Assembly (NCBI RefSeq): GCF_000284455.1
Contig: NC_017039.1
Coordinates: 3,480,001-3,512,000, forward strand
Length of the DNA stretch: 32,000 nt
From: Synechocystis sp. PCC 6803 substr. PCC-P
GTDB lineage: Bacteria; Cyanobacteriota; Cyanobacteriia; Cyanobacteriales; Microcystaceae
Direction of reading: 5' to 3'
Both the position numbers and the translations under genes were made by a program. Below are positions 1 to 8,155 of the stretch, piece after piece. Every line of letters starts with the position of its first letter. Positions within the stretch are counted from its first letter, which is position 1. The notes below the pieces were generated by a model that made no database searches, was not told the origin of the DNA, and saw only the letters and a list, made by a program, of their open reading frames with translations.

Positions 1-115
1 GGTCTGCTATGTCTATCGTCAATGATTATTTGTAATTGCAAACAAATTTGATTATCTTCAATGATGCTAATTTTAAACTTAAAGCTTTGTAGTTATTCGG
101 AAGTTAAATAGGGTT

Positions 116-1234
116 TTAATCTAAAGAAATCCAATGACCATTTAGCCTTTGCACAATTGCTGTTGCCTCTTCATAACTTTTAGCGATCGCCCAAGTATGG
201 TGGGTTTTGCCATTACTTTCCCGCAGATAAATTTGATTGGGTAACAGGGGATGGTCAGCGGTGGTACGGAGATAATCTTTGTTCAATTTGCTATGGAATT
301 GGGAATAGATGGACGTATCCCAGGGTATTCCCCGGTCCCAACCCGGCACCACCAAAGGATTAGCTCCCAATAAAATTTGGCACGGCACTAACATGGGGCC
401 TTTATAAATAGCATAGGCGATCGGCATACAGGTATTAATTGCTAAGGTGACTAATTCACCATATTTATGCATTAATGATTGTTGCCAATATTGGGTAATT
501 AAGGTGAAATCTAACCCCGCACTTCCCCTAGTATCTAAGAGTTTATTGAACTTTTCATATTCCGTTCGCACAGTGGTGATTTCCCGTTGCCAAGCATATT
601 CCAATGGACTTTGACCAAAAACTATCTTGCCTGCTTTGAGTAATTTCCATTTTTCACCAATTTTTAAAACGTCCAATTTTGCCGGTGCTTGTAGAGTAAA
701 TTGATAATTCTTCCCTGGGTTTTCATTAGTTGCTTTAAATAGTTTGGCGAAGCTAGCCAGGGAACTAAAATGGCTAAAGGATTCGGGACGAGGAAATAGA
801 TAAAATCCTTGGTTTTTGAGTTGCATTACCCAAAAGTTACCAACATTATTTTTTTCTAGAACATCTTCTTGGTCAATTAACAGAGAAACCCGCTGACAAT
901 AAACTTCTAATATTTGGGGAGTTTCGTGATAAATGTCAATAATTTTACTGATGGGTAAATCTAATAGAGGAGGGGGTTGTTCAACTATTAAATGGGGATA
1001 GGCATCGGCGGGAAAGGCAGTGGGTCGGCTAACTACAGTCTCAATTTGACTGATTTTTTGTTTAAGGACTTCTATTTCTTTGATTAAGTCAGCATTACTC
1101 TGGGTCTGAACTTCATTATTTTTTTGTGCTTGAAAAAATCGTAGGGCCGCAAACTCCTGTTGTAACTTAAGTTGATTTTTTTCCAACTGAATCAGCTTAG
1201 CTTGATTTAATTTATCCGGTTGATTGCCAGCCAT
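116..1234 (-). CDS. Hypothetical soluble coiled-coil protein and last gene of the tubulin-like/actin-like operon. It carries the shared ~75-aa adaptor domain (aa ~130-208) and a unique ~165-aa C-terminal domain.
   Basis: 372-aa ORF with ATG start, 32 nt downstream of the preceding same-strand gene. The N-terminus is heptad-like and Q/K/E/L-rich (QAKLIQLEKNQLKLQQEFAAL ... LIKEIEVLKQKISQIE) with no TM segment. The motif FYLFP...APAKL...EKWKLLKAGKI aligns to the C-termini of the two upstream genes. HIP1 at 183-190. Confidence 0.7.
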   Translation of the reverse strand: MAGNQPDKLNQAKLIQLEKNQLKLQQEFAALRFFQAQKNNEVQTQSNADLIKEIEVLKQKISQIETVVSRPTAFPADAYPHLIVEQPPPLLDLPISKIIDIYHETPQILEVYCQRVSLLIDQEDVLEKNNVGNFWVMQLKNQGFYLFPRPESFSHFSSLASFAKLFKATNENPGKNYQFTLQAPAKLDVLKIGEKWKLLKAGKIVFGQSPLEYAWQREITTVRTEYEKFNKLLDTRGSAGLDFTLITQYWQQSLMHKYGELVTLAINTCMPIAYAIYKGPMLVPCQILLGANPLVVPGWDRGIPWDTSIYSQFHSKLNKDYLRTTADHPLLPNQIYLRESNGKTHHTWAIAKSYEEATAIVQRLNGHWISLD

Positions 1235-1266
1235 GTTGTTTAATTTATCTCTTACTGTTAATGATT

Positions 1267-2472
1267 TTAATTAAACACGCCTTTTTCGACTATTTGCCAA
1301 CGGCGATCGCCGACTAGGAGAAGTTTAGCGGGCTTGACTAGGTTAGGGTTTTGTAAATTGCCATAGCTGTCAAAAAAGGAACTGTTAGTCAGTAGTCTTT
1401 GCCAGCGGCTGAGCATTAGATTCGGAATTAACCAAATTTCTTCCCCAATGGTAAAGGCCAAATAGGAAGCTTGGCTCCTTTCTCCTTCTTCAAATTCCTG
1501 GCGATCGCCAAGACTAAGATTGCCTGCCTTGCCATGGATAACACTTTCTGTGGGCTTAAGGTATTGGAACTGGGATTGATCATCAAAAAAATTCTTATTG
1601 CCCTGGTTAAAATTAGTGATGCAATATTCTAAGCTGAGGCCAAAAGATTGGGTTGATTTTTCGGTATTTTCTACTTCTACTAAGGCATCTATAGCTTGTT
1701 CTTCATTGCTTATTGCATGGCCTTTGGCATCGATACAATTATTTTCTAAAAAATAATTATAAACATCTGCCTCGATAATCGAATCTGGTGTATTCGGTTG
1801 ATTTTCACCTGGTAAAACAATATCAGTTTGGGTAACATTAATAACTTTGCGTTTTGCACCCCTAGTAAGCCTAGAAGCGGTAATTTTTTTTAAAGTTTTG
1901 CTTCCCATTTGTTGGAGAGATTTATTTTTACTAGGCTTAGTTGAAAAAGCATTCAACAAGTCAACTGCCAACTTGCCGACGACGATACTCAAACCTATGG
2001 TGCCAGCAATAAACAAATAAATCAGAATTATCAAGTCTTGGCTTTTCTGAACACCAATTTCAGTGGTGGTTTCTGCCCTACCCGAATTTACTGTGGGGGT
2101 TGGCGTCGGCGCAATGGTTGGACTGGTCGACTCGTCTGGATAGTAAGGGGTATTATTAACTTGACTTTCCTTTGTTCGTAAACCAATCCAGCCCCTTTCA
2201 TCTACAGAAAAAGTGACAATTTTATACCAGCAAAAACCGTCATAAAATTTGGCATAGATGTCAGACAAAGCAAATCTTCTGCCAGCGGGAATTTCGGCAA
2301 TAATTTCACCATTAATATTGGGAATATCGTAAACGTCCAAATTAAAATCAGAAAATGACATCTGATAATCCCTCATTGCTGGACAAGGATTATTTTGCTG
2401 AGCATAAACTGGACTAATGCTCCGAATTATTACAACAATAAAAACAATTGCAAAATTTCTCAGTCTATTCAT
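1267..2472 (-). CDS. Bitopic membrane protein: signal peptide, bacterial SH3 (SH3b)-like periplasmic domain, P/T-rich linker, TM helix, basic cytoplasmic segment and the shared ~75-aa C-terminal adaptor domain.
   Basis: ATG at 2472 gives MNRLRNFAIVFIVVIIRSISPVYA/QQ (signal-peptide-like) and lies 8 nt after the upstream stop. The longest ORF start (2520) would overlap the upstream gene by 40 nt. SH3b-like segment: LDVYDIPNINGEIIAEIPAGRRFALSD...FCWYKIVTFSVDERGWIGL. Linker: PTIAPTPTPTV. TM: LIILIYLFIAGTIGLSIVVGKLAV, followed by a K/R-rich stretch (positive-inside). C-terminus: IWLIPN...KPAKLLLVGDRRWQIVEKGVF. Confidence 0.72.
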   Translation of the reverse strand: MNRLRNFAIVFIVVIIRSISPVYAQQNNPCPAMRDYQMSFSDFNLDVYDIPNINGEIIAEIPAGRRFALSDIYAKFYDGFCWYKIVTFSVDERGWIGLRTKESQVNNTPYYPDESTSPTIAPTPTPTVNSGRAETTTEIGVQKSQDLIILIYLFIAGTIGLSIVVGKLAVDLLNAFSTKPSKNKSLQQMGSKTLKKITASRLTRGAKRKVINVTQTDIVLPGENQPNTPDSIIEADVYNYFLENNCIDAKGHAISNEEQAIDALVEVENTEKSTQSFGLSLEYCITNFNQGNKNFFDDQSQFQYLKPTESVIHGKAGNLSLGDRQEFEEGERSQASYLAFTIGEEIWLIPNLMLSRWQRLLTNSSFFDSYGNLQNPNLVKPAKLLLVGDRRWQIVEKGVFN

Positions 2473-2480
2473 AAATTCAT

Positions 2481-3287
2481 TTATTTGTCGCCAAAACTCC
2501 CTTTTGAAGTTAGCTTCCAATGATTTTCTTTAATTAACTCTAAATGAGCAGGAAACTTGAGTTCAAATCTATCTGATACGGCATTCATTTCAAATATTCT
2601 ACTATCATTATTTAGTTTAATTAATCTTGATATTTTCGGCATGGTAGCATTGGGAATTAAGTAGAACTGATTATTGAATTGAAAAATAAGGTAAATAGCA
2701 TTGGCTTTATCTGAAATTGACTTAAACTCTATAATTGGTTCCCCATCAATAGCTCGTCTATTGTCTTTAGATTCTTCTGTTAGCTCAACAGGAATAAAGT
2801 TAGGATGATTGAAATAATCGACATTTAGTTGTGCGTACTGCTCAAGAATAATTTTTACTTGATCAATTTGTTCTTTTTGTTGCTCTATTTCCCCTACTTG
2901 AAGTTCATTTACATTAAAGCTTTTTGGCCGATTGTCGTGGTATCGATTGACTGAATTTAAATAATTTAACTGACTGCTCAGGTCGGCTACCTTTGTGTGT
3001 AAAGTAATATTTTTTTCTTTATATTTTTGAATTTGATTACTTAATACATTTAGTTGTTGTTGCACTTGATTGATATCGGAAGTATTCAAAAGTATTTTTT
3101 TTCCTTGTGTTTCTACGGTTTCACTGATTTTTTTGACTTTTCTGAAGTCTGATGAAAATCCACGCATTTTTTTGTTATTTAAAATACTAATAGCAATACT
3201 AACCATTGAAAATATGAAGGCAAGTATTGAAGCGGTAATGGAGATTGATATCCACGACTGTTCTGATATAAGTTTAAAAAATTCCAT
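2481..3287 (-). CDS. N-terminally TM-anchored coiled-coil protein with the shared ~75-aa C-terminal adaptor domain.
   Basis: 268-aa ORF, 49 nt downstream of the 1072-aa gene. TM: WISISITASILAFIFSMVSIAISIL, followed by NNKKMRGFSSDFRKVKK (cytoplasmic side). About 120 aa are heptad-rich (QQQLNVLSNQIQKYKEKNITLHTKVADLSSQLNYL). C-terminus: FYLIPN...KFPAHLELIKENHWKLTSKGSF. Very AT-rich with no HIP1. Confidence 0.72.
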   Translation of the reverse strand: MEFFKLISEQSWISISITASILAFIFSMVSIAISILNNKKMRGFSSDFRKVKKISETVETQGKKILLNTSDINQVQQQLNVLSNQIQKYKEKNITLHTKVADLSSQLNYLNSVNRYHDNRPKSFNVNELQVGEIEQQKEQIDQVKIILEQYAQLNVDYFNHPNFIPVELTEESKDNRRAIDGEPIIEFKSISDKANAIYLIFQFNNQFYLIPNATMPKISRLIKLNNDSRIFEMNAVSDRFELKFPAHLELIKENHWKLTSKGSFGDK

Positions 3288-3336
3288 GAGTTTGATTTTT
3301 TACCTAATTTAAATTCTATGAGACTATCAATTATAT

Positions 3337-6300
3337 TTAAGATTTAGACCACTTATCTGCAATTAAATCAATAAAACATTTAAGTACGATTAAAAAAGTT
3401 GGCTCTGCTTCAAATTCAGATACTGGGCCATGTTTCCGAAGACAAGCTTTCTTAATACGAGATTTCAAAATTACTTGATCGTCATTGCTCAACTGATAAA
3501 GTCCAGATCCATCAAAATTTCTCAATATATCAACTTCATTTATTCCTAATTCTTTGACTGTCTGATTAAAATTTTTAATATAATTTTCTAATTGGGAAAA
3601 AGACGCAATTTCAAACTGATTTATTTCTTCCCACTCATCATCAGTTTGTAATAAATCTTCAGATCCATAATCCTTACCATTGATTGTGCAAGACTCCCCT
3701 AGAAAAGGATAAGTTTTCTGGTTAGTTGCAATGCCCTGAAGCTTTTCTCCATCTTCTGGAACAACTAACCCTCCACACACTTCTTCTTTGGGATATTCAG
3801 ATAGCGTAGAAACCTCTGGATTGTATGATAGCCCAGATGCTTTTGTTAAAAGTCCCTGAAAAAGAATATTTACTTCCGATGATTCTGAAAATTCACCTGT
3901 TGGAGTTAGCCAATGTAGAAATCGAGAACCATTGCCACCAAAGAGAAAAGTAGTTGCTATTCCATCCGTGAAATGCTTATTTTGTACGTGTAGTATTCTT
4001 TGGATTAGTCCAACATAGTGAAATAGACCTCCGACAGCAAAACTAATTAGCGTTCTGAATTCACGATTTCTCCGCTTGTCGCAGTTGATAGCATAACCTT
4101 CCGATAAAATTCTTTCTGCATTACTTCTCATATAAGTATCAAGGGCAGAATCAAAGTTATTACCACTTAATACTTTCGCAACATTACGAGCAGCTTCTGG
4201 CGGCAAACCAAAAATTTCATCAGTAAAATTAAGATTACTTTCTAAAATGCGGTGAAAGATATTTCTTCCAGCAAATGGCACCGAAACTTGATGTATTAAA
4301 TTGTTATCTTGCCAAATTGAAATATCTGATGTGCCGCCTCCAATATCAATACAAGTTGTGTTAATGAGATTCTTTTTGAGAATATCGGCAAAAAATTGTG
4401 CAAAAGCAACGCTTTCAGTTCTTAGTCCTCTGTCATCTACGATGTGATTTTGTCCACTGACTAAATTCAACTGGTCTAGTACACGCTTCCAAGTAATCTG
4501 GTAACGATTGAGATCCATCGTGGAAAAAGCAGATGGATAAGAAATGGACCATTTTACTTCTCGAACTTCTTGCCATGCCGCTTGGGCAGCAATCATGCGT
4601 GCCAGTTGTGATAAAAATGGACGCTGATGCTGTACTTTTTCCCATTTAATGTTTGTTTTAATAAACTCTTTATTGAGTTCATATTTATCGAGCCGAGGAA
4701 AATATATTCGACCATCTACCACAAGCTCTGGAATATCTCCATCTATTTCTTGCCATCCCCTGGTGGTTAGCATTGCTAGCATGGGAGGATTATTACCTTC
4801 CGGTAAAAGCAGATCAGGAATGAAAAATTCTCGATAAATTACTGTTTGAATATCTTCCAAACTGTGGGTGATTTTCAGCAAATTAGTTTGGAGTTGCAAC
4901 CTTTCTGGAGTACCGCTAGAGCCTTTCCGCACGTAAACATTGGTAAATGACGTGCCGAAATCTAATCCCACCGTCCAAGTGGTGGCATTTCCGCCCTGGG
5001 CTTTGGGTATCCGCAGAGGAATAAGACCAAGCGGCTGGGCATTTTTATCAATCGCCAGGAGGACATCGGGGTAGGCATCACATTTCCAGTACTGATAACT
5101 TTCCTGACCCGATCGTCGATTTTCCGCTTGGGCATTGGGAGTGGGCTGATCCACCCGAAAAGCTAACTCACCATACTCTTCCGTGGTTTCCACTAGCAAG
5201 AAATATTCTTTCCATAAACTGGGAGGCACATTGGGCCAAAGCGCCAAGGTGGGAAAATCCTGCTTAATTTCATTTTCCGCCTTGAGGGGATATTCCTGGG
5301 ACATTGTATAGGCCACAGGCCGCTCAAATCCTGATATTTGCACCGTCAGCGAAATCCGTACCCCCGGGCCTTCAGGAGTGGAAACCGGGGCTAACTCCAC
5401 CTGTTTTTCCAAATCTTCACTGCTGAAATATTCCCGCAGAAAGGGCTTAAAGGGTAACAGAATGGTCAGATTATCCAGATTTAGCTTTTGGTCTAACCAA
5501 GTGCCCGGTAACAAACCCTTTGTTTTGTGGAAATAAAGATTATCTTGGAAAATATCCGCCGGGGTAGCAAAAATGGCATCGGAACGCCGGTGAAGATTAG
5601 GATCAAAATTGAGCAGAGGGGACGCGTCAATAACATTAATTTCCTGGGGTTGTTTACCTAACAGTCCTGGTAGTTGTACTGGATCAAGAATATAAAGTTG
5701 CTTACTGGGATTGCGACTGGCTGAAGCAATTACCCTCACATTGGAAGGATTTTGTACCGCCTCCGCTGGATATAAAGCATTCAACGGAGGTGGAGCTAAA
5801 GGAATACCAAACGGTAAATTTTTTGTAGTAGGTTGAAAGACATTACTGGTGGTGACCCCCAAATCTTGGATATAGTCGTCAATCATCCCCGAAACCCGTC
5901 CCGCCAAATCCTCATTTTGGGGATTACGCATCAAATTACCCTTCAAATTTTCCAACCAAGGCAACAACACCTCCTTTTGATTGGGAGCCAAACCATTGCC
6001 AATGGGATTAGTGAAAAAGCCATTTTTTATCCACGCAATACGGCGACTTAAATGCTCAGGAAAATAACCCGTGGGGCAAACAATGGTGGCCGGACTAGTC
6101 ATACCGATCGCCACGCCGTCCAGTTCAAACAAATACAACTCCGCCCAGGGACCATCGGGGGGAACCATGGCCAACACATTATCTTTATCGTTGGGGCGCA
6201 ATTTCCAAAGACAGCGGGCAAATTCCTTATCTTGATAATCCTTGAGCCGCACCTGGGTGGCAGTGATCTTAAGATTTAAATTTTCCGCCAGGGCTAAAGC

Positions 6301-6555
6301 CGTTAATAAACCTCGATATTGCTCAATTAACCAATCCCGACTGGGGTATTGTCGGTTGCGAAAAGCCGAAATTAATTGCAACGGCCGAGACCAAGGACTA
6401 GGGATAGAATTTACTTCCCGGTAGGCTCCTGCTTCAAACTCCAAACTATTACCCAAGCGGTTAAACAATCCCACTCCCTCGGCGATCCATTCCCCTGGAG
6501 CAGCGCCACCAGCAAAATCTTGATTAGTTTTGGGAAGTAGGGGTTGGTTAGTCAT
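3337..6555 (-). CDS. Large (1072 aa) two-part protein: an unrecognised ~525-aa N-terminal region plus a C-terminal actin/Hsp70/sugar-kinase-fold (ASKHA) ATPase domain.
   Basis: Uninterrupted 3.2-kb ORF. Phosphate-1 motif TWTVGLDFGTSFTNVY is encoded at 4933-4980. Phosphate-2 motif TCIDIGGGTSDISIW is at 4312-4356. The adenosine-like motif FLFGGNGSRFLHWL is at ~3905-3960. Order and spacing are as in Hsp70/ParM/MreB-type folds. I recognise nothing in the N-terminal half. Confidence 0.85.
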   Translation of the reverse strand: MTNQPLLPKTNQDFAGGAAPGEWIAEGVGLFNRLGNSLEFEAGAYREVNSIPSPWSRPLQLISAFRNRQYPSRDWLIEQYRGLLTALALAENLNLKITATQVRLKDYQDKEFARCLWKLRPNDKDNVLAMVPPDGPWAELYLFELDGVAIGMTSPATIVCPTGYFPEHLSRRIAWIKNGFFTNPIGNGLAPNQKEVLLPWLENLKGNLMRNPQNEDLAGRVSGMIDDYIQDLGVTTSNVFQPTTKNLPFGIPLAPPPLNALYPAEAVQNPSNVRVIASASRNPSKQLYILDPVQLPGLLGKQPQEINVIDASPLLNFDPNLHRRSDAIFATPADIFQDNLYFHKTKGLLPGTWLDQKLNLDNLTILLPFKPFLREYFSSEDLEKQVELAPVSTPEGPGVRISLTVQISGFERPVAYTMSQEYPLKAENEIKQDFPTLALWPNVPPSLWKEYFLLVETTEEYGELAFRVDQPTPNAQAENRRSGQESYQYWKCDAYPDVLLAIDKNAQPLGLIPLRIPKAQGGNATTWTVGLDFGTSFTNVYVRKGSSGTPERLQLQTNLLKITHSLEDIQTVIYREFFIPDLLLPEGNNPPMLAMLTTRGWQEIDGDIPELVVDGRIYFPRLDKYELNKEFIKTNIKWEKVQHQRPFLSQLARMIAAQAAWQEVREVKWSISYPSAFSTMDLNRYQITWKRVLDQLNLVSGQNHIVDDRGLRTESVAFAQFFADILKKNLINTTCIDIGGGTSDISIWQDNNLIHQVSVPFAGRNIFHRILESNLNFTDEIFGLPPEAARNVAKVLSGNNFDSALDTYMRSNAERILSEGYAINCDKRRNREFRTLISFAVGGLFHYVGLIQRILHVQNKHFTDGIATTFLFGGNGSRFLHWLTPTGEFSESSEVNILFQGLLTKASGLSYNPEVSTLSEYPKEEVCGGLVVPEDGEKLQGIATNQKTYPFLGESCTINGKDYGSEDLLQTDDEWEEINQFEIASFSQLENYIKNFNQTVKELGINEVDILRNFDGSGLYQLSNDDQVILKSRIKKACLRKHGPVSEFEAEPTFLIVLKCFIDLIADKWSKS

Positions 6556-6657
6556 GGTTAGTCAGGCAATTAAAAATAAAGCTGGGGGAAGGGAAAAATA
6601 GGGTGCAATTAGCCTAGGTCAAAAAGCTGATTCACAGTTAAATGAACGTAAAGCGGA

Positions 6658-8145
6658 CTAAAGTAAATCAAACAGGGCATGGGCTAAGCCAAAAACGCCT
6701 TTATCATAACTTTTGCCCTCATCTGCTAAACGGTTCTTGATTGTGTCCAGGCGATCGCCACTTTGCGCCGCTTGACTTTTCTCCTTATCAATAATTAATT
6801 GGTGGAGATGTTCACGATAACCGGGGTTTTGTTTCAGATCGTCCAAATGTTTGAGCTGAAAAAGTTGCTCGCCATTGACATGGGCAGAGGAAACCTGTTG
6901 GGCCCATTGCAAAAACTTCTTGGCCCAGGCTGTGAGTAGATCATTTTTGGCCACTTCCTGGGCATTGTCCACCAGGGGTTTATCCTCTTCCCCTGCCCTA
7001 AGAGCAAAAAAGTGTTGGAACCAAGGAGCACCCTTCGCAAACTTTTTACCTCCCAACTTCCGGGCCGCTTCCAACTCCAAGGAAAAGTTATAGAACCAAG
7101 CGTAGGCAAAGCGCACTCCCTTACTGAGGGCTAATTTAGCGATTTCGTCATCCGGCAAGTCCGTCCAAATCAGACTATTGATATCCCCCCGACTGATGTA
7201 GTGGGCCACCGTTTCCCCCATGGGTTGATCGAAACCATGGTTAGCGGCCAGGGCGGCGTACAGTTCGACAAAATGGGCCCCATTTTCCTGATTTTTGCCC
7301 CCAGTGTGGGAATCATACCTAGTTTGGGCATTGTCCCCAATCAAGTACACACTATCAAAACAGCCTTGGGACTGCTCCGTTAAGTATTGCAATGCCGCTT
7401 GGGTATTGAGGGCAAAAAAGCGAGTTTCGGCAAACACCGTTTGATCGCCGTCGTCAGGACGTTCAAAGGCAAAGTACGGTAACAACAAAGATGCGTGAAT
7501 ACGAACTCGAAGATTGTCCTGTTTTAACTGATTACTAATTAGTTTAGCCAGGGTAGGAACCCCGGAAGCTCCTGTTCCCCCAAAGATACTGCCAAAGAAA
7601 TGCACCACCACATCATTGCCCCGACCTACCCCTAAATCCGTGGTTAGATTATTAAATAGCTGTTGCCATCCCCCAGCCTGGGTTTGCTGGAGACTATCCA
7701 GTTCTAAACGACTCATCACCGCTGAACCGATGGGAGGCCGGCCCCGAAACCCCACTCCTAGATCGGCAGTTTGTTCCGCTGGACTGTAAAGGGCATCAAA
7801 TAATTTTGCTAAGGGAGGAGCACTGGCCCGCAAAGCTTGTTTGTTAAAAACCCCTGCTAAGTTGTTGTTATGAACTTGGTCCCCCAGGGGATTCCAGGTG
7901 CCGTAGTGGAAAAATTGTCCACTCATTAAGGGGCTTTTCCCTTGGCCAAAAGCTTTTTGGGCATCGTCGGTGGTACGGAAGTTGACCCCAGTTCTTTGAG
8001 AGTTGCCGTTAGAGGTATCTGCATCGACCAATAAAATTCTTAGTTCGGAGTTGTCGCCGTACAGCCCCAGGGAATGGAGAAAAATGGCCGCTTCCACGCA
8101 TTTAGCTCCACTGCCCCCCACACCGATGGCATAAATTTTTTGCAT
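6658..8145 (-). CDS. Divergent tubulin/FtsZ-superfamily GTPase (Tubulin_2 / FtsZ-like-type).
   Basis: 495-aa ORF. Motifs appear in canonical order: T1 IGVGGSGAK (aa 7-15, nt 8101-8127); T3-like GVGFRGRPPIGSA (aa ~130-142); T4 tubulin signature FGGTGASG (aa 188-195, nt ~7561-7584); then LLLPYF and YLIGDNAQ (aa ~267-274, compare tubulin xDNEA / FtsZ xPN). The ATG is 10 nt after the upstream stop, with a purine tract GGAGGTTAGAGG just upstream. HIP1 at 6751. Confidence 0.82.
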   Translation of the reverse strand: MQKIYAIGVGGSGAKCVEAAIFLHSLGLYGDNSELRILLVDADTSNGNSQRTGVNFRTTDDAQKAFGQGKSPLMSGQFFHYGTWNPLGDQVHNNNLAGVFNKQALRASAPPLAKLFDALYSPAEQTADLGVGFRGRPPIGSAVMSRLELDSLQQTQAGGWQQLFNNLTTDLGVGRGNDVVVHFFGSIFGGTGASGVPTLAKLISNQLKQDNLRVRIHASLLLPYFAFERPDDGDQTVFAETRFFALNTQAALQYLTEQSQGCFDSVYLIGDNAQTRYDSHTGGKNQENGAHFVELYAALAANHGFDQPMGETVAHYISRGDINSLIWTDLPDDEIAKLALSKGVRFAYAWFYNFSLELEAARKLGGKKFAKGAPWFQHFFALRAGEEDKPLVDNAQEVAKNDLLTAWAKKFLQWAQQVSSAHVNGEQLFQLKHLDDLKQNPGYREHLHQLIIDKEKSQAAQSGDRLDTIKNRLADEGKSYDKGVFGLAHALFDLL

Positions 8146-8155
8146 GGCTTAACCT

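Noticed and set aside
1-115. AT-rich hairpin ATTTGT-n8-ACAAAT (~28-47) downstream of the last operon gene, considered as a terminator.
   Set aside because: It has only a 6-bp A/T stem and no following U-tract on the minus strand, so it is too weak to call.
3070-6424. Short plus-strand ORFs antisense to the operon genes (3070-3312, 4649-4837, 5833-6051, 6052-6279, 6242-6424) and the nested minus-strand ORF 4433-4645.
   Set aside because: All are embedded in the long, motif-supported 1072-aa and 268-aa CDSs. Their translations are low-complexity and nothing supports them independently.
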